Positions 50,018-59,680 of a stretch of DNA of 64,000 bases are shown here, in pieces. Each line of letters opens with the position of its first letter. Positions within the stretch are counted from its first letter, which is position 1. This stretch comes from an uncultured Negativicutes bacterium (GTDB lineage Bacteria > Bacillota > Negativicutes > JBAXTZ01): contig CAVRJL010000006.1 in assembly GCA_963721525.1 (NCBI GenBank), positions 1 to 64,000 of the forward strand, in the 5' to 3' direction. Made by a program: the position numbers and the translations under genes. The notes beneath the pieces were generated by a model. That model had not been told where the DNA came from, made no database searches, and was given only the letters and a program-made list of their open reading frames with translations.

Positions 50018-50401
50018 ATGGAAGAAGTAATTATTAGAGTGCGAATGAGTCAATCAGATGCTCGTTATGGTGGAAATCTTATTGCTGGGGCAAAAATGTT
50101 GGAAATAATTGGAGATGTAGCAACAGAAATATTAATTAGAAACGACGGAGATGAAGGTTTATGTTGCGCTTATGATAACATCCAATTTTTAGCTCCTGTT
50201 TATCCGGGAGATTATGTTGAGGCAACAGGAAAAATAACAAATATTGGAAATACATCGCGTAAAATAATTTTTGAAGTATGTAAGGTAGTTAGTCCCTGTT
50301 TAGATGTATCCTCCTCAGCTGCTGATTTTTTATTAGAACCTATTATTGTATGTAAAGCCAGTGGAATTTTTGTAGTCCCTAAAAAATGCCAACGTAAATA
50401 A
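50018..50401 (+). CDS. kal: Hotdog-fold beta-aminoacyl-CoA ammonia lyase (Kal/Acl family)
   Basis: IRVRMS..DA.YGGNL..GA, GDVATE, DGDEGL, FLAPV..GDY.EA.G, GNTSRK and VVPK..QR. Confidence 0.85.
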   Translation: MEEVIIRVRMSQSDARYGGNLIAGAKMLEIIGDVATEILIRNDGDEGLCCAYDNIQFLAPVYPGDYVEATGKITNIGNTSRKIIFEVCKVVSPCLDVSSSAADFLLEPIIVCKASGIFVVPKKCQRK

Positions 50402-50593
50402 TTATATAAATTAAATTATAAAATTTAATATTAGTATTATATACTGAGGTTAATGCTAATGATTTAACAGAATAAAGATAAATCAACATTGTTAGAATAC
50501 GAACGTCATAAAGTATAAGCTTATTAATCTTTTTTTTAAAATAAAAATAAATATATAAAAATATTATAATTAAAAATTTGCAAGGAATGTATA

Positions 50594-50794
50594 ATGATAC
50601 AAAATAATGAATTATTAAAAAAAGCAGGGGAGAGCAAATATACTTTAGTTATTATGGCAGCGAAAAGAGCCCGTGAAATAGTTGATGAAAATAAAATGAA
50701 TTGCGAAAAACAACATAAACCAGTTATATGTGCTTTAAAAGAAATTTTAGAAGAAAAAATTACTTTTGAACGACGACGTACAGGTTTAAAATAA
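50594..50794 (+). CDS. rpoZ: RNA polymerase omega subunit
   Basis: SKYTLVIMAAKRAR and KPV..AL.EI motifs. Confidence 0.92.
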   Translation: MIQNNELLKKAGESKYTLVIMAAKRAREIVDENKMNCEKQHKPVICALKEILEEKITFERRRTGLK

Positions 50795-50819
50795 ATAAAA
50801 ATTAAGCTAAATACAGTTG

Positions 50820-50908
50820 CCTCATCAAGAATTCAGTGAAGTAATAAAGCTTTGTGAAGTTATAGTAACCGGTCGGTGCTAATTCTTACTGAAATACGTA
50901 AGACGGGG
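50820..50908 (+). promoter_or_regulatory. SAM-I (S-box) riboswitch, degenerate
   Basis: CTCATCAAGA...GTGAAG...AGTAACC...GGTGCTAATTC...AGACGGGG, immediately upstream of metK. Confidence 0.7.
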
Positions 50909-50970
50909 AATTAATAGAGCTTCCCAAATTCATTAATAATTTTATGTTAATAAATAATTGGGAGACATAA

Positions 50971-52206
50971 ATGCTAAAAAATAGGAAATTGTTTACCTCG
51001 GAATCAGTAACAGAAGGACATCCTGATAAAATTTGCGACCAAATATCTGATGCGATTTTAGATGCTGTACTTACTAAAGACCCATATGCGCGTGTAGCTT
51101 GTGAAACGATGGTGACTACAGGTCAAGTACATATTGTTGGAGAAATAAGTTGTAATTGTTATATTGACATTACGAAAATAGCTCGAGATACTATAAAGAA
51201 AATTGGATATACAGGCAATTATGGGTTTGACGGAGATACTGTGGGAGTATTGATTTCTATTGATGAACAATCGCCTGATATAGCTTTAGGAGTAGATAAA
51301 TTTCAAGGAGCTAAAAAAGATTATAATGGGACATACGAATTACTTGGCGCAGGAGATCAAGGAATTATGTTCGGATATGCAACAAATGAAACAGAAGAAT
51401 ATATGCCCATGCCTATAGCCTTTGCACATAAATTATCACGTCGACTAGCTCTTGTTAGAAAAAAGAGAATATTGGATTATTTGCGGCCTGATGGAAAAAC
51501 GCAAGTAACTATCGAATATATAGATGATAAGCCTCAAAGAATTGATACAATAGTGATATCTACCCAACATGCTGAAAACGTAAAATTAGACATTATTTGT
51601 AAGGATATAATAGAATATGTTATTAAGCCTGTGATCCCAAAAAAATATATTGATAAATCTACTAATTATTATATAAATCCTACTGGAAGATTTGTAATAG
51701 GGGGTCCGCAAGGAGACGCAGGTTTAACTGGACGAAAAATAATTGTAGATACCTATGGAGGGATGGCAAGACACGGCGGGGGATCTTTTTCAGGAAAAGA
51801 TCCCACAAAAGTTGATCGTTCAGCTTCATATGCTGCACGATATGTAGCAAAAAATATAGTAGCGGCAGGTTTAGCAAACAAATGCGAAGTGCAATTGGCT
51901 TATGTTATAGGAATTCCTAATCCAGTATCAATAAGAGTAGATACTTTTAACACAGGTAAAATAGATGATGTTTGTATAATAAAATTAATTAATAAACATT
52001 TTAACCTTACTCCTGGAGGAATTATAGATTCTCTTAACCTAAGAACTCCTGTTTATAAACAAGTTGCTGCATATGGTCATTTTGGTAGAATAGATTTAGA
52101 TCTTAGCTGGGAAAAAATTGATAAAGTTGATATTCTTTGTGCAGAATCACAAAAGTTAATAAAAAATAATCATTTCTTAAATTTACATGTTAAGCATGAC
52201 TCTTAG
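50971..52206 (+). CDS. metK: S-adenosylmethionine synthetase
   Basis: [19 protein letters not shown] and GGGSFSGKD motifs. Confidence 0.98.
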   Translation: MLKNRKLFTSESVTEGHPDKICDQISDAILDAVLTKDPYARVACETMVTTGQVHIVGEISCNCYIDITKIARDTIKKIGYTGNYGFDGDTVGVLISIDEQSPDIALGVDKFQGAKKDYNGTYELLGAGDQGIMFGYATNETEEYMPMPIAFAHKLSRRLALVRKKRILDYLRPDGKTQVTIEYIDDKPQRIDTIVISTQHAENVKLDIICKDIIEYVIKPVIPKKYIDKSTNYYINPTGRFVIGGPQGDAGLTGRKIIVDTYGGMARHGGGSFSGKDPTKVDRSASYAARYVAKNIVAAGLANKCEVQLAYVIGIPNPVSIRVDTFNTGKIDDVCIIKLINKHFNLTPGGIIDSLNLRTPVYKQVAAYGHFGRIDLDLSWEKIDKVDILCAESQKLIKNNHFLNLHVKHDS

Positions 52207-52236
52207 AAATTTTTAGTTAAGATAGGGAGAAAAAAT

Positions 52237-54429
52237 ATTATTGCTGATATAGTCATAAATATACCAGGGAAAAATATATTAAAAGAATATAGTTATATTG
52301 TTCCAGTAGAATTAAACGTTAAGATAGGGGCAAGAGTTATTATTCCTTTTGGGAGAAAAATAGTTGAAGGAATAGTTACAAATTTAAGAGAAGATGAAAC
52401 TAATGGGTTAAAAAAAATTATCACAACAACTAAAGTTGATACATGGTTTGATAGCAAATTATTAAATTTAGCAAAAAAAATATCTGAATATTATTATTGT
52501 TCTTATACTGAAGCTTTAAGACTATTTATACCAGGTAAAAGCATTGTAAAAAAAAATAAACATTTTACTCAAGAAAAAAACCTGATAGTTATTGAAATAG
52601 CAAACAATGAGCAAGACGAAAATAGCTTTAAAAACAGACCTGTTCAATATAAACTTTTTAATTATATGACTAAAAAGAAAAGTGAATTATTATCTCATAT
52701 TTTATCAATAGGATTTTCAAGGCAGGTTATAAATAGTGGACTAAATAGCGGGTGGCTTAAAAAAAATAAAAAAAGATGTTTTCGCGATAGTTATTCTACG
52801 ATTACCGAAGTTAGTAATTTAAATAAAAAGATAACCTTAAATAACGAACAAAAAAAAGTTTATAACGAAATTTGTAAATCTTTAGAAAAAAATGAAAACA
52901 GAGTATTTTTATTACACGGAATAACCGGTAGCGGCAAGACAGAAGTCTATATGCAATTAGCTATGGAAGTTAAAAACAATAGTAAACAAACCATTGTATT
53001 AGTTCCAGAAATATCATTGACAGGACAAATGGTAGAAAGGTTTAAAAGTCGATTTTTTAATAGAGTAGGAGTTATTCATAGTAAAATAAGCGCTTCAGAA
53101 AGAGCTGATGTATTCGAACAATCAAAAAATCAAAGCATAGATATAATTATTGGTGCTCGCTCAGCTATTTTTACTCCTACTTGCCAGCTAGGTTTAATAA
53201 TTATTGATGAAGAACAAGAATTTAGCTATAAACAAGAAGAACGTCCTTATTATAATGCAAAACAAATAGCTCAATGGCGAGCATCTAGTAGTAATATTCC
53301 TTTAATATTTGGAACTGCTACGCCAAGTATTGAAATATATTATAAAGCCTTAACAGATAATATAAGATTGTTACCATTGAAAAAACGACCTGACCAAGCC
53401 ACTCTGCCTGAAGTTCAAATAGTTGATTTATGTAAAGAATTTAATAAAAAAAATCGAACTGTTATTTCCGAAAAATTAAAGATATTAATTCAATCTACAT
53501 TATTAAAAAAAGAACAAACAATTGTTTTATTAAATAGAAGAGGCTATTCAACGTTTGTTATTTGTCGAGAATGTGGACATGTTATGACTTGTATTTATTG
53601 TGATGTGTCATTAACGTATCATAATAATACGAATATTTTAAAATGTCATTATTGTGGTTATTTTGGGGAAAATCCTCTTTCTTGTCCTAATTGTAAAGGT
53701 AAATATATACGTTACTTTGGAACTGGAACACAAAAAGTTGAAGAACAATTAAAAAAGTTATTTCCCACTGCAAGAATTTTACGAATGGATCAAGATACTA
53801 CTAAAGGTAAATTCGGGCATGAAAAAAAAATAAATGACTTTAAAAGTGCTAAATTTGATATACTTGTGGGTACACAAATGGTAGCAAAAGGGCATGACAT
53901 TTCAAATGTATCTCTAGTAGGAATTATAAGCGCGGACACTTGTCTAAATTTCCCTGATTTTCGAGCAAGTGAAAAAACTTTTGCGTTATTAGCACAAGCA
54001 TCTGGTAGAGCAGGTAGAGGACAGATTAAAGGAAATGTATTAATACAAACGTATAATCCTAATCATTATTCTATATTAGCAGCAGCAAACCATGATTATG
54101 AAACTTTCTTTTATCAAGAAATACAAGAAAGAAAAGAATTAGGATATCCTCCTTTAGAAAAGATTTTTAAAATTAGTTTACAATCCAATAATCAAGAAAA
54201 AGGTAGAAATCAAGCTAAAGACATAGTAGACAAAATAAAGAGAACTAATAGAGATATAAAAATAGTTGGACCTATTCAACCCTTAATAACAAAAATAAAG
54301 AGTTATTATCGTTATTTAATTTTAATTAAAAGTAAAGATGAAAAAATTTTGCGTATTTGTATAAAAAATACCGCTATAGACAAAATGAAAAATATTGATA
54401 TTGATGTAAGTCCTATAAGTATTATGTGA
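52237..54429 (+). CDS. priA: Primosomal protein N' (PriA); full-length frame begins at an ATT
   Basis: Frame is open from 52207 and encodes the N-terminal domain (YSYIVP, GARVIIPFG, SEYYYC). Also GITGSGKT, LVPEISLT, four CxxC and GTQMVAKG. The first ATG is only at 52666. Confidence 0.88.
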   Translation: MIADIVINIPGKNILKEYSYIVPVELNVKIGARVIIPFGRKIVEGIVTNLREDETNGLKKIITTTKVDTWFDSKLLNLAKKISEYYYCSYTEALRLFIPGKSIVKKNKHFTQEKNLIVIEIANNEQDENSFKNRPVQYKLFNYMTKKKSELLSHILSIGFSRQVINSGLNSGWLKKNKKRCFRDSYSTITEVSNLNKKITLNNEQKKVYNEICKSLEKNENRVFLLHGITGSGKTEVYMQLAMEVKNNSKQTIVLVPEISLTGQMVERFKSRFFNRVGVIHSKISASERADVFEQSKNQSIDIIIGARSAIFTPTCQLGLIIIDEEQEFSYKQEERPYYNAKQIAQWRASSSNIPLIFGTATPSIEIYYKALTDNIRLLPLKKRPDQATLPEVQIVDLCKEFNKKNRTVISEKLKILIQSTLLKKEQTIVLLNRRGYSTFVICRECGHVMTCIYCDVSLTYHNNTNILKCHYCGYFGENPLSCPNCKGKYIRYFGTGTQKVEEQLKKLFPTARILRMDQDTTKGKFGHEKKINDFKSAKFDILVGTQMVAKGHDISNVSLVGIISADTCLNFPDFRASEKTFALLAQASGRAGRGQIKGNVLIQTYNPNHYSILAAANHDYETFFYQEIQERKELGYPPLEKIFKISLQSNNQEKGRNQAKDIVDKIKRTNRDIKIVGPIQPLITKIKSYYRYLILIKSKDEKILRICIKNTAIDKMKNIDIDVSPISIM

Positions 54430-54546
54430 CATTTTTTCTAAACACTTTTATTGTGTTGGAAAGTAGCTCGTTTAACAGTTTTTAAATAAATTTTTTAAAT
54501 TTCAACGATCCTGTTAAGTTTATCTAAGAGTGATAAATTTAACATT

Positions 54547-54575
54547 TTGACATCATTATTTATTAATGCTATTAT
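54547..54575 (+). promoter_or_regulatory. SigA promoter of rnpB
   Basis: TTGACA-17 nt-TATTAT, with an extended -10 TG. Confidence 0.65.
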
Positions 54576-54581
54576 ATATTC

Positions 54582-54934
54582 TGCGTAAGCATGAAAGATA
54601 ATCGCAGATAAATCTGAGGAAAGTCCGAACTCCAAAGGGCAGAATGCCGGATAACATCCGGCGAGAGTAATCTCAGGGAAAGTGCCACAGAAATGTGTAC
54701 CGCCTTCGTTAAAGAAGGTAAGGGTGAAACGGTGCGGTAAGGGCGCACCAGCGACAAAGTAATTTGTTGGCTAGGTAAACCCCATTCGGAGCAAGACTAA
54801 ATAGGGAAGAAAAGACGTTGCCCGCAGATCTTCCGGGTTAGTCGCTGGAACTGTATGGTAACATATAGTCAAGATAAATGATTATCGCCACTTATTTAAG
54901 TGGAACAGAACTCGGCTTAATGATTGCTTACGTA
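54582..54934 (+). ncRNA. rnpB: RNase P RNA (class A-like)
   Basis: GAGGAAAGTCC, AGTGCCACAGAAA, GGTAAACCCC and AACAGAACTCGGCTTA; terminal helix TGCGTAAGCA/TGCTTACGTA. Confidence 0.97.
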
Positions 54935-54958
54935 TAAGTGACCTTATTATTAATTTTA

Positions 54959-55000
54959 AAGCTGTTATTAGATTTTTATGTTATCTAATAACAGCTTATT
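54959..55000 (+). terminator. Terminator after rnpB
   Basis: AAGCTGTTATTAGAT / ATCTAATAACAGCTT stem. Confidence 0.75.
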
Positions 55001-55098
55001 TATGTTATTGTTTTTATTTATATAAACAATAATATATAAACAAACTATATTATTGCTGATAAATATAGTAATCACTTATAAAGTTTAAGTATTATAAA

Positions 55099-56169
55099 AT
55101 GATTTTTAAAAAAAATAAAAACTATCTCAAAAAAATAAATGAGTATAATTTATTAAGCCAGCTATTATTAAAAAAATATATTATATTCATCATAAAATTT
55201 ATGATAATAGCTGGCTTTGCTATACAATTAACTTTTGTATTAATAAATTTACCAGTAAATTTTATAGACAAAAATTTATATTACTATAATGTAAATTATG
55301 GAGCTACAACTGATAAAGTGGCAAATGATTTATATAAATTAAAATTAATTCGTTCAAAAACAGCATTCAAAATTTTAGCTCATTTTAAATATTTAAATAG
55401 TAAAATAAAAAAAGGAACATATGGGTTAAGCCCTAATATGACTCTTAATGAAATAATATCCTTACTTTCCGAGGGTAAATTTGTTGAACAAAAAGTAACA
55501 ATTCCTGAAGGATTTACAGTTGAACAAATTGCAGAGTTGTTATCCAAAAAACAAATTATTATTAATAAAAATAAATTTCTTGAATTAGCAAAAACGTATG
55601 TTCCATATGATTATATAAAAAAATCAGCTAAAGTAAAATATCAATGTGAAGGGTTTTTATTCCCAGATACATATTATTTTTTAGAAAAAAGTGATCCGAA
55701 AATTATATTGACAACTTTAACTTATCAGTTTAATAAAAAATTTGTACCAGAAATGAAGGCAAAAGCTCAAAAGCAGAATATGTCTATATATGATATTATA
55801 GTTTTAGCTTCAATAATCGAACGAGAAGCAAAGTTAAAAGACGAACGTGCAAAGATTGCAGGAGTTTTTATAAATAGAATAAATAAAAAAATGCTTTTAC
55901 AATCTTGCGCTACAGTAGAATATATATTGCAAAAGCATAAAAATGCATTGTCAATCAAAGATATAGAAATTGATTCTCCATATAATACTTATATAAACTA
56001 TGGTTTACCACCAGGGCCTATTTCAAATCCTGGACTGGAATCTATAAAATCAGTTTTATATCCAGAAAAAACTGATTTTTTATATTATGTAATTAATGGG
56101 AAATGCGGTCATTATTTTGCTAAAACGTATGCGGAACATGAAAAAAATATAACTAAATTAAACTTATAA
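55099..56169 (+). CDS. mltG: Endolytic transglycosylase MltG
   Basis: TIPEG, EGFLFPDTY, ASIIERE and SPYNTY..GLPPGPISNPG motifs. Confidence 0.95.
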   Translation: MIFKKNKNYLKKINEYNLLSQLLLKKYIIFIIKFMIIAGFAIQLTFVLINLPVNFIDKNLYYYNVNYGATTDKVANDLYKLKLIRSKTAFKILAHFKYLNSKIKKGTYGLSPNMTLNEIISLLSEGKFVEQKVTIPEGFTVEQIAELLSKKQIIINKNKFLELAKTYVPYDYIKKSAKVKYQCEGFLFPDTYYFLEKSDPKIILTTLTYQFNKKFVPEMKAKAQKQNMSIYDIIVLASIIEREAKLKDERAKIAGVFINRINKKMLLQSCATVEYILQKHKNALSIKDIEIDSPYNTYINYGLPPGPISNPGLESIKSVLYPEKTDFLYYVINGKCGHYFAKTYAEHEKNITKLNL

Positions 56170-56190
56170 AAATAGTTAAAGGTGTAAAAT

Positions 56191-57573
56191 ATGAATAAAA
56201 ATTTAGTATCCTGTGATAAATTAAATAGAGGTTTGAAAGAGAGACATATACAATTGATAGCTTTTGGTGGAACAATAGGAGTAGGATTATTTTATGGCTC
56301 ATCTGCAGCTATAAAATCTGCAGGGCCGTCATTGATAATTATGTATTTATTAATAGCTACTTTTATTTTTTTTGTTATGCGTGCCTTAGGAGAATTAGCT
56401 GTGTCTAAACCTGTAGCAGGTTCTTTTGCTACCTATGCTTATGAAGAAATAGGACCTTTAGCTGGGTTTCTTACGGGTTGGTCTTATTGGATTATGTGGA
56501 TAGTTGCCTGTATGGCTGAAATTACCGCAGCTGGTGTATATATGCAGTATTGGTTTCCAAACATTGCTCAATGGATATTTGCTTTATTTAGCTTAATATC
56601 TATGACGATTGTTAATATGATTACTGTTCGCTTATATGGAGAATTTGAATTTTGGTTTGCTTTAATTAAAATAGTTACCATTATTTTAATGTTAATAATG
56701 GGTACGGTATTAATAATTTTTGGTATAGGTAATAATGGAGTTCCTATAGGAATAAGTAATTTATGGAGTTTTGGCGGATTTTTTCCTAATGGGATTGATG
56801 GAATGATTCATTCTTTAAACATAGTAGTTTTTGCTTATTTAGGAGTAGAGCTTATTGGAGTTACCGCCGGAGAAGCACAAAATCCTAAAAAAACTATACC
56901 TTCAGCGATAAACAAAGTTTTTTGGCGTGTACTAATATTTTATATTGCTTCATTATTTGTAATAATGTCACTGTATCCTTGGAGTAAAATATGCGAAATG
57001 GGAAGTCCATTTGTTATTACTTTTGCAAAATTAGGAATAAAACAAGCAGCAGGTATAATAAATTTTGTTGTATTAACAGCTGCTTTATCTGCTTGTAACG
57101 GTGGTGTTTTTTCTACAGGTAGAATGTTATACGGATTATCAGAAAAAAAGGAAGCTCCTTCTATTTTTTACAAGTTAAACAAGAACCATGTTCCGGTAAC
57201 AGCTCTGTTATTTAGTGCAATTTTAATGTTAATTGGAGTATTTTTAAATTATATTATGCCAGCAAAAGCATTTCATATTATAATATCTTTAGCCACAACT
57301 TATGTTTTATTTACTTGGGGTATAATACTCGTATCTCATCTAAATAAACGAAAAAAATTCGTAAAAAATCATCCTGGTAAAAAACCTACTTTTGCTATGC
57401 CTTTTTATCCTATCTCCAATTATGGGTGCTTGTTGATTATAGCTTTTGTTTTAGGGGCAATGTTATATTATCCTGATACAAGGTTATCAGGACTTTTAGC
57501 GCCAATATGGTTTATTATTTTGTATATAGTTTATAAAGTAAAGTACGAGAAAAATAGAACTAATGGATATTAG
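56191..57573 (+). CDS. Amino acid permease (APC superfamily, AAT family)
   Basis: RGLKERHIQLIAFGGTIGVGLF, GEFEFWFALIK, GVELIG and SPFV motifs. Confidence 0.92.
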   Translation: MNKNLVSCDKLNRGLKERHIQLIAFGGTIGVGLFYGSSAAIKSAGPSLIIMYLLIATFIFFVMRALGELAVSKPVAGSFATYAYEEIGPLAGFLTGWSYWIMWIVACMAEITAAGVYMQYWFPNIAQWIFALFSLISMTIVNMITVRLYGEFEFWFALIKIVTIILMLIMGTVLIIFGIGNNGVPIGISNLWSFGGFFPNGIDGMIHSLNIVVFAYLGVELIGVTAGEAQNPKKTIPSAINKVFWRVLIFYIASLFVIMSLYPWSKICEMGSPFVITFAKLGIKQAAGIINFVVLTAALSACNGGVFSTGRMLYGLSEKKEAPSIFYKLNKNHVPVTALLFSAILMLIGVFLNYIMPAKAFHIIISLATTYVLFTWGIILVSHLNKRKKFVKNHPGKKPTFAMPFYPISNYGCLLIIAFVLGAMLYYPDTRLSGLLAPIWFIILYIVYKVKYEKNRTNGY

Positions 57574-58792
57574 AAAAAAAGCTGAATTATTAATTCCAGC
57601 AGGTAGTTTAGAAAAACTAAAATTTGCTTTGTTATACGGTGCTGATAGCGTATATGTTGGCGGAAAAGAGTTTGGGCTAAGATCATATAGCGATAATTTT
57701 AATTTAGATGAACTAAGAATAGGTGTAAAGTTGACGCATAATTTAGGGAAGCGTATCTATGTAACAGTAAACGCTTATTTACATGATAAAGAATTTCCTG
57801 CTTTAAATGACTACTTACACAATCTTATTGAACTTAATGTAGATGCCGTCATTGTGTCTGATATTGGAGTTTTTCATACAATAAGAAATTTTTCTCCGCA
57901 CTTAAAAATACATATAAGTACTCAAGCAAATACTGTTAATAGTGCTAGTATAAATTTTTGGAAAATATTGGGAGCAAGTAGAATAATTTTAGCTCGTGAG
58001 CTTACTATGGATGAAATTAAGACTATTGCTCTATCGACAAATATAGAGCTTGAATCCTTTATTCACGGAGCAATGTGTATTTCTTATTCAGGACGCTGCT
58101 TGTTGAGCAATTATTTAACCGGAAGAGATTCTAATTTAGGACAGTGTACTCAACCTTGTCGGTGGAAATATTTTTTACAAGTAGAGAGCAGAGAAGGAAG
58201 ACTTTTTCCTATATTTGAAGATAAACGTGGTTCATATGTGTTCAATTCTAAAGATTTATGTATGTTAGAACATTTGGATAAATTGATTACTATAGGCCTA
58301 GATTCATTTAAAATAGAGGGAAGAATGAAAAGCGTTCATTATGTAGCAACTGTAACAAGTTGTTATCGCAAAGCAATTGATGCTTTATGTAGAAATATTG
58401 ATGAGTATCGCGCAATTTTGCCTGGATTATTAAAAGAAATAAAAAAAATATCCAATAGAAATTATTGTAGTGGGTTTTATTTTGGACGTCCTGACGCAAC
58501 TAGTCAAAATTACTTAAACTCTTCTAATCTTTCAACCTATGATTTTGTCGCTATAGTTTTATATTATGATAAAGAAAATAAAATTGCCGTTCTAGAAGAG
58601 CGCAATAATATAAAAAAAGGGGAAATAGTGGAATTTTTTCAACCAACATTATCTTTATTTGAACAAAAAATTAATATACTTTATGATGAAAATAACAATG
58701 AAATAGATTTTGTTTGTCATCCTAAACAAATTTTTAAATTACGTATAACTAAATTAGTAGAACCATATACATGTGTAAGACGCAAAAAATGA
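57563..58792 (+). CDS. Peptidase U32 family protein (TrhP/YegQ-like tRNA hydroxylation)
   Basis: ELLIPAG, HISTQ, HGAMCISYSGRC, CTQPCRW and KIEGRMKS motifs. Confidence 0.9.
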   Translation: MDIRKKAELLIPAGSLEKLKFALLYGADSVYVGGKEFGLRSYSDNFNLDELRIGVKLTHNLGKRIYVTVNAYLHDKEFPALNDYLHNLIELNVDAVIVSDIGVFHTIRNFSPHLKIHISTQANTVNSASINFWKILGASRIILARELTMDEIKTIALSTNIELESFIHGAMCISYSGRCLLSNYLTGRDSNLGQCTQPCRWKYFLQVESREGRLFPIFEDKRGSYVFNSKDLCMLEHLDKLITIGLDSFKIEGRMKSVHYVATVTSCYRKAIDALCRNIDEYRAILPGLLKEIKKISNRNYCSGFYFGRPDATSQNYLNSSNLSTYDFVAIVLYYDKENKIAVLEERNNIKKGEIVEFFQPTLSLFEQKINILYDENNNEIDFVCHPKQIFKLRITKLVEPYTCVRRKK

Positions 58793-59001
58793 ACAGTACA
58801 TTATATATTCATGTTTCGGTAAATAAAATTAATTTTTTAAATCAAATAATAGAAGGATACGAATACCTAGGTTTATTAACAACTATTAATAAATGGGAAG
58901 GTATTGTGGCTATTTATTGCACATCAGACACAAGAAAAGAAGCAGAAAAAATTTTAAATACTTTACCTTTTTATGTTGAAATAATTAATCATAAGGAATA
59001 A
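58789..59001 (+). CDS. Small conserved protein (DUF4911-like)
   Basis: INFLNQIIEGYEYLGLLTT; the start overlaps the U32 stop (ATGA). Confidence 0.6.
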   Translation: MNSTLYIHVSVNKINFLNQIIEGYEYLGLLTTINKWEGIVAIYCTSDTRKEAEKILNTLPFYVEIINHKE

Positions 59002-59680
59002 TTAGTTCGTCTATTTTGAATAAAATTTTAGATAAAAAATTGCTGCGTATGCAAATTATATGTTAGGGAAGATATAATTTATTTTATTATTACTAAATGG
59101 TTGCGTTTTTATAGCTCATGACATAAAATGCTGATTTGTCTTCATTATAAGTTTTGTAATTTAATTATCATTATTTTATATTTTCGGTCGAAAACATGAT
59201 CTTCGTTCTAAATATAGGAAAATATTGAAATTAGTATGAAGCTTATCAGTAAAACTATCCTTATTAACTATCCCTACTACTGTAAATAACAGATTAGAGT
59301 GTAATTTGTTTATACAGTTAAGTAATTATTAAGATTTACGGCTCATTAATGCCCACTTTTTTAAAATTACAAGTTATAAATCTACTAATTATAGATCTAC
59401 TAATTTTACATGAAGAACATTTTATTTGGCTAGTTGAATGAAAATATGGAGAATCATTACTCATAAAATAAGGATTAGACATATAAGCATTAAATAAAGT
59501 CGGCTAGAAAAAAAGTAGAAGCAACTTAATGTAAACGATATATAGTATACGATGGTTTAGTTTAATCAACTATTGAGTATGTTAAAAAAATATAAATATC
59601 TCTAAGTAGGTATATAGTAGATTAAATAATAATTGTAGTTTTTTATTTACTTTGTCGTCGAGAAATACATAGGGATACAC

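Noticed and set aside
37161-52206. Genome-wide TAG recoding or pyrrolysine readthrough, suggested by the NCS1 amber and the in-frame metK-TAG-priA junction
   Set aside because: TAG ends tagO, hydE, hydF, znuC, preA and etfB at natural C-termini, and no pyl genes are in the window.
54572-54757. 61-aa minus-strand ORF
   Set aside because: Antisense to RNase P RNA.
59002-59680. 680-bp spacer, possibly a decayed gene or small RNA
   Set aside because: Stops in all frames examined, and no recognisable motif or stable structure by eye.
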